Source: Elusimicrobiales bacterium (GTDB taxonomy: Bacteria; Elusimicrobiota; Elusimicrobia; Elusimicrobiales; UBA9959). From it: DNA of 64,000 bases. The stretch lies in contig JAVHRY010000138.1 of NCBI GenBank assembly GCA_036171915.1, positions 2,890-66,889 on the forward strand. Reading direction: 5' to 3'. Of the stretch, positions 49,701-61,700 are shown one piece after another (the stretch's first letter is position 1; the number at the start of each line of letters is the position of its first letter). The translations under genes were made by a program, and so were the position numbers. The notes under the pieces are model-generated. The model was not told the origin of the DNA. It searched no databases and saw nothing but the letters and a program-made list of their open reading frames with translations.

Positions 49701-52700
49701 AGACCTGACCGCAACGTAATTGTAACCCTCTTTCATGGCGGCCCAGGTGCCGGCGCCCAGCGGCCAGTCCGGGGTATAGCTGTCCACGCCGGAAGTGGAC
49801 ACCTGGGTGGTCCAGTCCTCCAGCAGCTGGCCGGTCTGGTTGGGGCCGGAGTAGATCTTTGTCTGTATGCCCCTCAGATGCGAACCGCCGGTATCCGCCG
49901 CGTCTATATTGTAAACGCCCGTATTGGCCCCGCGCCAGGCGTCGTCGCCGGGCTGGTTGTCGGTCACCGTGGGCGGCACTATGTCGTGGCGGTGAATGGC
50001 CAGCATGGCAGGCATATAAGTATTGGCCGATAGGGTGGTAGTGTGCGCCACAGGGTTCAGCGTGAACACGCTGCCGCTCCAGGCCGCGCTGCGCAAGTCG
50101 CTCGAGGCGGACCAGGCGGTGAGCATGACCGCGTTGGTCTTTGAATCCGGCTCCAGCTGAACGCCGTTAACAAGACCTGTCCAGTTGCCGACGCTGTAGG
50201 CCGCCGCCAGCGTGGTAGCCCAGCCGCCGGCCGGCGACCAGTAGGAATAAAGGACGGTGTTCGTAAACCTGGCGGCGGAAGCGACTATGAATTTACCGCT
50301 CTTGCTTTCCCAGGCGGCGTCTATGGTCCGGGCCTGGTTGGCGTTCCTGGCCGCGTTGGCGTTCTCGGTGGCCGAAGGGTACCAGCCGGAGCCGTCCCAG
50401 ATGGCGGCGTTCCAGTCGCGGCCGGAGTCTATAGCGGTGGCGCCGATATAATTCGAGTTGGGGTCGGCCGCCAGGCGCACCCAGTTGGCGTTGCCGTTGG
50501 CGCCTATAAAAGTGAACTCGGTAGAGTTGAAAAGAGCCCAGGAGGAGACGGTCCAGATCTGGGTGATGACCTTGCCGGTGACGGCGGTGCCGCCGTACGA
50601 AATGAGACAGCGGCCGGAAAGCGACTCCCAGGCCAGGTCAAAATTCTGATAGGTAGTAAGGCCGAGGCTGGGCACTATCTGCGTGGTATTGTCCCAGGCC
50701 GAGCCGCTCCAGTGCATGGCGGTGAGCCGCGAGGAGGTGGCGTTGGAGAAGGCGGCCATCAGCTCGTCGGCTTTGGGCCTGGCCTCCAGCCTTACCCATA
50801 GCGCGGCGCGGGCGGGGTCGCCGGCCGCGACGGTCTGCACCCCGGTCCAGGAACTGCCGTCGTAGATATTGTATTTCAACTGGCCGTTGGTCGAAGAGTT
50901 ATACAGCACCACCGCCCGGCCGGAATTCTGCTCGTAAGCGATATCGAAGCCCCTGTAAGCCGAGTTGGCCGCCGTAATATCCGTGGCGCTCCATTCGTTG
51001 GTCCAGGTCCCTTGCCGGCCGTTATAACGCTGTATCTGCAGCACGCCGTCCGAAGAAAGTATGCCCGCCATCTTCTCGTTCCTGAGCGGGGAGGCGCGCG
51101 TAATAATATGCCGCATCACGGAAGTAGCCAGGGCACTTGTAGTTGCGCCGTTGTTGGCCGTCCCAAAACTGGGCGGAGCCCAGGTATTGACCATAGGAAT
51201 ATTGGTGGTGCCCACCCCGTACATTATGTTGCCGCCGGTGCCGCCGCCTACGGCCGCGTAGGCGCCGGGGCTGTTGGAAAGCGCCGAAGTGTTCCCTGCG
51301 TCGTCCACGGCTTTTACAGCCCAGTAATAGGTGGTGCCGGCGGTCAGGCCGTCAATGCCCTGCGCCTCGGTTACGCCGGGATACTGCGGCACCCAGGCCT
51401 GGTCATAAACGCTAGCGCTGTCCCAGAGGCCGGGCGTAGCTATGGTCTGGTCCGTGCGGTAGCGCACCTGGTAGGCGGTGGCCGTTCCTATGGATACGCC
51501 ATTATCACCCACGGCGGTCCAGGAGAGGGAAACCTGCCCGTCAAAGCCGCCGTGTTGCGCGGCCAGGTCCGTTATGGCCCCGGGCGGCGTCGCATCCGGG
51601 CCGGAAACAGCCGAGGCCGTGTTTGAGACGCCGGAAAGGTTGCCCGCCTTGTCCACGGACTTAACGGCTATGTAGAAAAGGGTATCCGGCTCCAGGCCTG
51701 TAAGGTTATAACTTTCCGGGAAGCCCGGCGCTACAGGAACCCAGGCCTGCGCGTAGGTGTCGGCCGTATCGAAATTGGCCCCGCTGACGTTTATATAGGA
51801 CGACACCTTCACCACATAGCCGACTGCGGCGGCCCCGCCGTCATCGGGAGCGGTCCAGGAGACGGCTATCTGGCCTTCGGCTCCTTTGACCCCGGCCAGC
51901 GCGCTTACGGCGTCCGCGGGGACGGTATCTTTGCGTACGTAGAAAGCGTCGGTCAGCGAGGAGGTGGAGCCGCCCATGTCGTAGGCGCGCACGGAAATGT
52001 AGTTAGTGTTCTGCGCTAACAAGGGCCAGAGGCCGGGGGGCAGAGCCCAATCGGTGGTATAGGACGCGGCGTTTATCCCCGTAACGGCGTCAGTCCAGTC
52101 GAAAACCAGCGCCCCCGTTTGGCCGGGGCCGGTCATGGCTTTAACCTGGAGTTTTGCCGCGAGTGATTTATCGTCGGCCAGATCAACGTTGTAAACCCCG
52201 GTATTGGCGCCGCGCCAGGTATTGTCGCCGGCCTGGTTATTAGTAATTGACGGACCGGTGGTATCCTTGTAAACGTAGAAAGCGTCGTTAAGAGTGGAGG
52301 AGTTAGCCACGGAGTCCAGCGCGCGCACGGACACGTAGTTAACCCCTTCGCGCATGGCGGTAAAGACCGCGGCGGGCAGTGCCCAGTTGGGCGTATAAAC
52401 CTGCCCGGAAAGGGCGGAGCCCTGCGTCCAGTCCGACAGCACGGTGCCGCTCTGGTTAAGGCCGGTAGTTACCTTAACCTGGAAAGAGCCAAGGCCGGAA
52501 AGCAGGTCGGAAAAATCCGTGTCGTAAAGGCCGGTATTGGCGGCGCGCCAAGTATTATCCCCGGTCTGGTTATTTATTATAGCCGGCCCGGCCTGGTCCT
52601 TGCGCACGTAGAAGGCGTCCTCCAGCGTGGTAGTGGAACCGGCATAGTCGATAACGCGCACGGACACGTAATTAGTTCCCGGGGCCAGCAGCGCGAAAGA

Positions 52701-55700
52701 ACCGGCGCTCAAAGCCCAATCCGTTACGTAGGAGTTCAGCCCGGAGGGCGAAGGTGAAATATCGGTCCAGGCCGCGATCTCCGTCCCGGCCCGGCCGGTG
52801 GAGGACCAGATATTGTACTGGGCCTTCGAAAGCCTGGAACCGCCGGCATCGTCGAAATGCACATTATAGACGCCGGTGTTGGCGGGACGCCAGACATTAT
52901 CCCCGGCCTGGTTATTCGCCGCGGCGGGCGGCACTGTATCCTTCAGCACATAGAAAACGTCGGTACTTACCGCCGCGTTCCCGGCCAGGTCGTAAGCGCG
53001 CGCCGAGATATAGGCCGTGGCGCCGGAATTGAGCGCGGAGAAATCCACGCCCCAGGGGTTGGCGTAGGCCGGGGCGGAGATGCCGGCCGCTATATCCGTC
53101 CAGCCCACCAGGTCGCCGGAAGCCGTGCCCGGCGCCGAGGAGGCGGAATACTGCGCCTTGGAAAGCAGGGAGAAGCCGTCGGTGAAGCCGACGTTGTAGA
53201 CAGCTCCCGGGTCCGAGGACCGCCAGTTGTTATCGCCGGGCTGGTTGTTCGCAAAAAGCGGCGCCTCGGTATCCTTCTTAATGTAGAACACGTCGTTGGC
53301 CGTGGTAGTTGTGCCGGCCAGGTTCCAGGCGCGCACGCTGACATAGTTAAAACTGGATTTCAAGGCCGAGAAATCCACGGGCCAGTCGGCCGTGTAGTCG
53401 GCGGCGTTGATGTTTACGGCGATATTAGTCCAGTCCTTAAGGACGGCGCCGCCCTGGGAGCCAGCCGAGGTGACCTTGTACTGCGCCGCTGAAAGCAAAG
53501 AGCCGCCGGCGGCGCTGAAATCCACGTTATAGAGCGTACCGGGAGAATTGCGCCAGGCGGCGTCCCCGGTCAGGTTTTTCACCACCGACGGGGCGGTAAG
53601 GTCAACGCTGGTAACGGCTTCCGGGGCGGTATCGGTGCCGGGCGGGTCGGTTTCATCCCTGTTACCCGCCTTATCGTAGACAATAAGCCTGAAGCCGGCC
53701 GCGCCGCCGGAAGGGGCGGTGAAAGCGATGGGTGAGAAATTGAAAGTGGAACCGAACTGGGTCCAGGCATACGGGACCTGCGTCGCATACGTGTAGTAGA
53801 GCTTCACATACTGCACCCCGGCGGGTCCCGCGTCGGCAGCTGAATAAGGCACGCTGAAATTCAGGGACCCGGTATATGCCGGAGGAGAGACGGCGCCGGA
53901 CGGGTTCTGCGTATCTTTAAGCACATAGAAAGCGTCGCCCAGGTCGGCGTAGGCGCCGGCGTTATCATAAACGCGCAGGGAAATATAATTTGTGCCGGGC
54001 AGCAGCAGCTGCCACAGGCCGGGCGCCATGGCCAACGGTCCGGGATAGGAAGAGGAATCCAGGCCGGTTACATTATCGGTCCAGCCGAAGGCCGAAGCGC
54101 CGGTGCCGGCGGTGCCGGTGCTGGCTTTCAACTGCACTTTCGAAAGCAGGGAGCCGCCCAGGTCTGTGAAAGCCACGCTATAACCGCCGCTGTCGGAGTT
54201 CCTCCAGACGGAATCCCCGGCCTGGCTGTTATTGACGGCCGGGGGAACCGTGTCCTTAAGCACGTAAAAAGCGTCGGTCAGCGTGGAGCTGGACCCGGCA
54301 TTATCTAAGGCCGCCACCGACACATAAGCGGTGACCCCGCTCCGGATGGCGTCCCAGAGGCCCGCGGTAAGCGGCCAGGGAGCGGAAGCTGAGGCGGCGT
54401 TCAGGCCGGTCAGCACCGGTGTCCAATCCGCCAGGACCGTCCCGGTCTGCCCCGTGCCGGTAGTTATCTTCACCTGCACCTGGTCCAGCAGCGAACCTCC
54501 GGCGTCGGCAAAACGCACGTCGTAGACGGCTGAATTGGCCGAGCGCCAGGCCCCGTCGCCGCCCTGGTAATTATTTATGACCGGCGGCGTAACGTCCTTT
54601 CGCACGTAGAAAACGTCTGAGGTCTCCCTGTCGTTGCCTGCCTTGTCGTAAGCGCGCACGGACACATAGGTCTGGCCTTCCGGCAAGGCGGACCAAAGGC
54701 CATAAGTCAGCGTCCAGGGGCCGGGATACGCGGAAGAATTTATGCCAAAGGCGACATCCGTCCAATCCGCTATCACCGTCCCCAGCTGGTTCTGGCCGGA
54801 AACCAGCCTGACCTGGAACTTATCCAGCAGGGAACCGCCGGCGTCGGCGAACCCCACATTATAAAGCGTGCCGGAGGAATTGCGCCAGGCGTCGTCGCCG
54901 GGCTGGTTGTCGGCGATCGTCGGCATGGTTACGTCCTTGAACACCCTAAAGACGTCGCTGGATACGGAGACGAGGTTCCGCTGGTCGTAAGCCCGCACGG
55001 AAATATAGTTGGTGACGTTCTCCGCCAGGGTGGAGAAGAGCACGGACCAGTTATCGGTATAATAAGTGGGATAGCCGGTCAGGACGTCCACAGTCTGCCA
55101 GGCACTTATGGGATAAGCGAGCGCCGGCGCCGTGCTTACCCGGTACTGCAGCGTCGAAAGGCCCGAGGCCCTGTCGAAGAAATCCACGTTATATGCCGCG
55201 CCGGGGGAACCCTGCCAGGCATTATCCCCGGCCTGGTTATTTACTATCACGGGCGGGGTGGTGTCCTTCAATACGTAGAAGGCGTCCTGCGCGTTTGCCG
55301 AGAGTCCGCCGCGGTCGAAAACCCGCACAGTAACATAGTTGGGCCCTTCCACGGCGGAGGCTAAATCTACGCCCCAATTGGCCGTGTAACTCTTTGTGCC
55401 GCCGGGGATATTGAAGATATCTGTCCAATCCTTCAGCAGCGCGCCGGCCTGCCCGGGCTGGGAATACAGGCGGTACTGCGCGGTTGCCGCGCCGGACTCC
55501 AGATCGCGGAAGTCCACGTCGTAGACCGCGCCGGGGTCGGTAAGCCGCCAAATATCGTCCCCGGCCTGGTTCACCACCACCTCTGGCTGCGCCGTATCTT
55601 TCCAGACCGTGAAAGCGTCGTAAGTGCTGCTGGAGAGCAGGGCCGCGTCGAAAACTTTCACCGAGATATAGGCGGTAACGCCGCTGGGGATGGAATCCCA

Positions 55701-58700
55701 GATGTCGGCCTGCAGCGGCCAGTCCGCGGTGTAGCTGCCGCCCGAGAGGTTTCCGGAGTCCGTCCAGTCGAGCAGATAAGGCGCGTAGTTGCCGGTATGC
55801 GTGGACGCCCTCAGCTGGTAGCGCAGCAGGCCGGACTCCTGGCCCGGATCGGTAAAGTCCACGTTATAGAGCCCCGTATTCCCGGAAAGATAGGCGGACG
55901 CCGCGGGCTGGTTATTGGCGAAAACCGGCGGCGTGGTATCCTTGCGCACGTAGAAAACGTCGTTGCGGGAGGAGGATAACCCTGCCTGGTCGTAGGCCCG
56001 CACGCTCACGTAGCCGCTGGTCCAGCTCTGGAGCGCGGCAAAATCTACAGGCCAATTCGTGGTATAAGAGGCCTGCCCCGCCGGGGTAGTAAAAATGTCG
56101 GTCCAGTCCTTTATCAGGATCCCCGTTTGAAGCGTGCCGGTGCTGATCCTGTACTGCGCCTGGGTCAGGCGGGAACCGGCGTCCGCGAAGTCCACGTTAT
56201 ATACAGAGCCGGCTGCGGAGCGCCAGACGTCGTCGCCGTTCTGCAGGTCGCTGATAGCCGGCGGCGTGGTATCTTTTTTTACATAGAACACATCTTCCAG
56301 CGTCATACTGGTGCCGGCCACGTTCCAGGCGCGCACAGTTATATAGTTGGTGGTTTCGTAGAGCGAATTATAGAAACCCGCCGGCAGCGCCCAATCGGCA
56401 TAATACGACTGGCCGGGGAGATCCCCTGCTTTTGTGAAGTCGGCAGTCATTACGCCGGTGCGGCCCGGCTGCGTCCAAGCCTGGATGGAGAAGGAACTCA
56501 GGTCCACGCCGGGATCGTTGCTTTCGAAATCCACGTTGTAAAAGCCGTTGTCGGAAGTGCGCCACACGCTGTCGCCTGACTGGTTGACTATTATGGATAT
56601 GGGGTGAGTAGTCCGGAACACCTTGAAGGCGTCCAGGTACGTGGAGGTATTGCCCGCCAGGTCCGTGGCGCGGACCGAGAAATAGTTGGTCGCCGGCAGC
56701 AGTTCGAGCGCGTAGAAGTCCACGTCCCAGTTCTGCGTGTAATAAGTGGCCCCGGCAAGCGTGGCGATATTGGTCCAGTCCTTCACCGGCGTCCCTGCTC
56801 CGGCGGGAGACGTGGACACCATGTACTGCGGGGCGGCTATACCCGAGCCGCCGCCGTCGAAGAAGTCCACATTGAAGATGGCCGCTGGATTTACGGAATA
56901 AGGTCCGAAGCCTTTGGTGGGCGTACTGACTATTACGATACTGGGGGCCACGGTGTCTTTCAGCACATAAAAGGCGTCGTTCACCTGCGCGGGGTTGTCA
57001 GCCTTATCGTAAGCCCGCACGCTGACATACCCGGTTGTACCGCTGGGAATGGCAAGGAAGTCCACGCCCCAGTTAGCGGTATATGCGGCCACACCTGCGG
57101 GCGCGGAAACGATATTGGTCCAGTCCCTGATCACCGTGCCGCTCTGGGCGGGCAGGGACGTAATGCGGTACTGCGCGGTGGTAAGGCCCGCGGTCAGGTC
57201 GCCGAAATCCACGTTATAGACGGCGCCGGGATCGGAGTTGTGCCAGGTATTGTCGCCGGCCTGGTTGTCGGTTATGGTCGGGGAGACATTGTCCTTTAAC
57301 ACGTAGAACACGTCCGGGAGGGAGGCGGAATGCCCCAGGCCGTCCACGGCGGCCACGCTAATATAGTTGGTGCCCTGCGCGAGCAGGTTGAAATCCACGG
57401 TCCAGGGAGCGGCGAACGAAGGCCCCGCCGCGCCGGGAATGACCGTGGGCGTTACCGGGTTAGTCCCGGTGAGCCCCGGGCCGCTCCAGGCTTCGTAGCT
57501 GACGGAGGCCAGGCCGGAATCCGCGTCGCCGAAACTCACGGTGTAGGTTGTGCCGCCAAAGCGCCGCCAGGTGTTGTCCCCTGACTGCCCGTCGGTAATA
57601 ACGGGGACCGACGTATCTTTCAGCACGTAGAACACGTCGGAAAGCGCGGTCGTGGAGCCGGCGTAATCCATGGCGCGCACGGAGATATAATTGGTGCCGG
57701 ACCTGAGGAGGCTCCAGACCGGGGCCGGCAGCTGCCAGCCGCCAGGGTAAGAAACCGCGTCTATGCCGGTGACGGCGTCGGTCCAGTCCGCCGCCAGCGT
57801 GCCGGTCTGCGCTGGACCGGTGGCAGCTTTCACCTGGAACCCGGAAAGCAGCGAACCGCCGATATCGGCGAAAGACACATTGTAAACCCCGGTATTGGCG
57901 TCGCGCCAGTTGGCGTCGCCGGGCTGGCTGTCGGTTACGGACGGGGCGGACGTGTCCTTAAGTATATAGAAAACATCGTCCTTCCCCTGCTGGTTGGCGG
58001 CGTTATCGTTCACGCGCACGGAAACATAAGAGATGCCGGCCGGGAGCGCGTTCCACTGCGCCTGGGTCAGTTTCCAGGGACCGGGATAAGAAGCTGAATT
58101 TATAGAACCCTGCTGCACGGCCCAGTCCTGCACCAGGGTTCCGGTCTGGCCGGAGCCGGTCGTTATTTTAATTTCAAAGTTTGAAAGCAGGGAGCCGCCG
58201 GCGTCGGTAAAGCCGACGGCATAAACGGTGCCGGAGGAATTGCGCCAGTTGTCGTCACCGAACTGGTTATCCGCCACTACCGGCAGAGTTTTGTCCTTGC
58301 TTATATAGAAAGCGTCGGCGTAGGTGGAGGTGTTGCCGGCCAGGTCGGTGAAGCGCACCGAGACATAGTTGGTAGCGGCCCCTTCGGCGAGCGCAGCGAA
58401 ATCCACGGACCAGGGGGAGGTGTAGGAAGCCGCGCCCAGCGGCGGGGCTGCGATAGGGTTCCAGCCCTTGCGCGGCGTTCCCTTCTGGCCCGGCTCCGAC
58501 CAGACGGAGTACTCCACGGTATTAAGCAATGACCCGCCGGTGTCGTAGAACTTCACGTCGTAAAGCTTGCCCGGGTCTTTCTGCCAGGCCGCGTCGCCGC
58601 CGGCCTGGAGGTTCTGCGCGTATGGCGCGGTAGTGTCCTTGTAAACGTAGAACACGTCGTTCAGCGCGGTGGTGGTGCCGGCCACGTCCCAGGCGCGCAC

Positions 58701-61700
58701 GGAAATATAATTTATCCCTTCGGCCAGCGCCGGCCAGGAAGAAACGGAGATCCCCCAGGGGCCGGGGTAGGAAGAAAGGTTGGCCGGGCCCGAAGAGATG
58801 AAGGTCCAGTCGATCTTTTTAACCCCGGTCTGCCCGGCCCCGGGATATGCCGTGTACTGGATGCTGTCCAGCTTCGAGCCGCCGGCGTCGGCGAAAGCGA
58901 CGTTGTAGATGCCGCCCGGGTTGGCGTTGCGCCAGGCGTCGTCCCCGGCCTGCGCGTCGGTGATAACGACCGGCACGGTATCCTTCAGCACGTAGAACAG
59001 GTCGTTGACGGAAGTGGAGGAGTTATTGACATTGTCGAAAACGCGCACGCTGACGTAACCGGTGGTGCCGCTGGGGATATTGTCCCAGACCGCGGTCGGC
59101 AGGGCCCAGGCCGAACCGTAGCCGGCGGAGTTTATGCCGGTCGCCACGCTGGTCCAGTCGGAAAGCAAAGTCCCGGTCTGCGAAGGGCCGGAGGTAACCT
59201 TGACCTGGAAATAGGACAAAAGCGAACCGCCAGCGTCGTTGAAGGTTATGTTGTACAGGCCGTTATTGGAATTGCGCCAGCGCGTATCCCCGGCCTGGCC
59301 ATCCGTTATTGTCGGGGTAGACAGGTCCACCAGCAGGGAACGGTAGGCGCTGAAAGCCGAGACGTTCCCCGCCGTGTCGTTCGACGCCGCGCGCCAGTAA
59401 TAAGTAGTCTGCGCGGCCAGCGGCACGAACGCCGCCGAGACCGCCGGCTGGCTGGAATACGAGATGGTGGTAAAATCAGTGGAAGTGGCCAATTGAAGCA
59501 GGTAATTGGCGGTGCGAGAAGCGCTATCGGCCGAGTCGCCCCAGTCGAAAGCCAGGTTAGCCAGGTTGGTCTTGTAGCCGTCGGCCGGTGAAATAAGCGA
59601 GGGAACTGCGGGCGGGGTGGTGTCCTTCAATATCCGGAAAGCGTCGACAACGCTTGTGGTATTACCGGCCACGTCGTAGAATTCCACGCTGATATAGTTG
59701 GTATTGTCGCCGCCCAGGCTGGCGAAAGCCACGGGCCAATCCGCGGTGTAGGCGGCGCCGGTCACCCCGGCTATGGTGGTGGAGGCTACCAGTACCGGCG
59801 GGGTCCCGCCGGGATTGGCGCGCGCCGCGTACTTGGCCCCGGCCAGGCGGGAGGCGCCGTCGGAGAAGTCGAAGTTGTAATTCCTGCCGGTATTGCGCCA
59901 GACGGAATCCCCGCCGGCCTCGCCGTTGACGTAAGCCGGCGGCGTGGTGTCCTTGAGCACCTTGAAAGCGTCGGTGATGGTGGTGGTATTGCCGGCGATG
60001 TCGTACAGTTCGATGGAAATATAGTTGGTAGCGTCGCCGGCCAGCCCGGCGAAGTTCAGCGCCCAGTCCGTGGCATAGGAAGCGCCGGACACGCCGGGGA
60101 TGGCGGTGGTGGAGATTTGCATGGCCCCGGCCCCGCCCGCCGCGGTCCGCGCCGCGTAAACCGCCCCGGCCAGCCTGGAATAGGGATCGGCGAAATCCAC
60201 GTTGTAGCTCTTTCCGATATTGCGCCAGACAAGGTCTCCCCCCGCCTCCCCGTTAGTGAAAGTGGGGGCCACGGTATCTTTCAGCACCTTGAAAGCGTCC
60301 GAAAGCGTTACGGTGTTAGAGGAGTAATCCACGGCCCGCACCGAGATATAGTTGGTGGTCCAGCTGGCGAGGCTGGTCCAGAAACCGGCTGGCAGGGCCC
60401 AGTCCGTATAATAATAGGTGGCGTTCACGTTTAATACGGCGTCCACCCAGCCGCCGCCGAAGTCCGTGCCGGTCTGGCCCGTGCCGGAAGTGGCGCGCAC
60501 CTGGAACTTGGAGATCAGCGAGCCGCCGGCGTCGTCGAAGTCCACGTTGTAAACGCCGTTATTAGTATTGCGCCACACCTGGTCCCCAGTCCCCATCCTG
60601 CCGGTGATGACCGGCGTGGAAAGGTCCACCCTGAAAGCGCGCGTGGCCGACCACAGGCCGGTATTGCCGGCGTTGTCCAGCGCGCGCACGCGCCAGAAAT
60701 ACGGGTTCTGCGCCAGGCCCGCCGGCGCGGCCGCGGCGGCCAGCGGGGCGGAACTGAAGGTAACGGTTGTAAAATCTGCCGCGGTCGCCAGCTGCACCTC
60801 GTAATTCTTCAGGCCGGACCCGTCGATGTCGGCAACCGCTTCCCAGCTCAGCGCCGGGGAACCGTTGTTGAGGTTGGCGTTATTTACCGGCAGGATGGCG
60901 GCCATGGCCGGGGCGGGAGGGCTGGAATAGTCCACGCCGAAGGAAGGGGCGGCAAAGTTTATCCAGCCGCCGCGGCCGCCGTCGCCCAGCGCCGCCACAC
61001 GCCATTTATACTGGCTGCCGGAAGTGATATTTGCCGAGCTGAGGTTTACGGTCAGCGGGCTGCCGCCGTAAACGCTGAAGCCGCCGGTAGAAAGGCCTAT
61101 GCCGTCGAAGGCCGACGCGTTAGGCTTGATCTCCGCCACAAGCGCCAAATTATCCGCGTTCATGGAACTGGCCAGCACGCCCTCGAAGGTGATAGCGCGG
61201 TTATTTGTCCAGCCCCCGGTAGTTAATCCCGAGCCGCCGGCATACTGCGCAGGACTTACCGGCAATTTGGGGTAGGGCACAAAAGTGTAGGTCACCCCCA
61301 CGCGGCCCCCCAGCACGCTATTGGCGCTGCCGGCATAATTCACCTTCACCAGGGTAGTGGTGCTGGTGACGGGCGACATGTTCTGGTAGAACCTCGAAAT
61401 AGTGGTGGTTTCTGTAATAGAGCGGTGATTAACGGTCTGCGGGCCGTTGCCGTTGAAATTCACCGTATCAGTGAAGGCAGCGCCGCCCGTGGAAAGCACG
61501 TTGGCGTAGACATAGGTCCCGCGCATGGTGTCGGTGCCGTACGCCTCGGGGTGATAAAGACCGACGTAGGAAGTGTATGCCTTGGCCGTATTTACTGTAT
61601 TGGAGCCGGCAAGCGCTTCGTAGTACGTGGTATGGGCGGCTTCGTTGGCGGAAGTGTAGGTTATTATCAGCTCGCCGCCCGGCGCCCCGGAAGCCGCGTT

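Noticed and set aside
38064-60630. The periodic ~330-340-nt recurrence of near-identical short strings (tccttcagcacgtagaa...) could suggest a CRISPR array or satellite DNA.
   Set aside because: The period is far longer than a CRISPR repeat-spacer unit. The conserved strings are in frame and encode the FYV.KDT module boundary, and the intervening sequence is homologous coding sequence. This is protein-domain tandem repetition.
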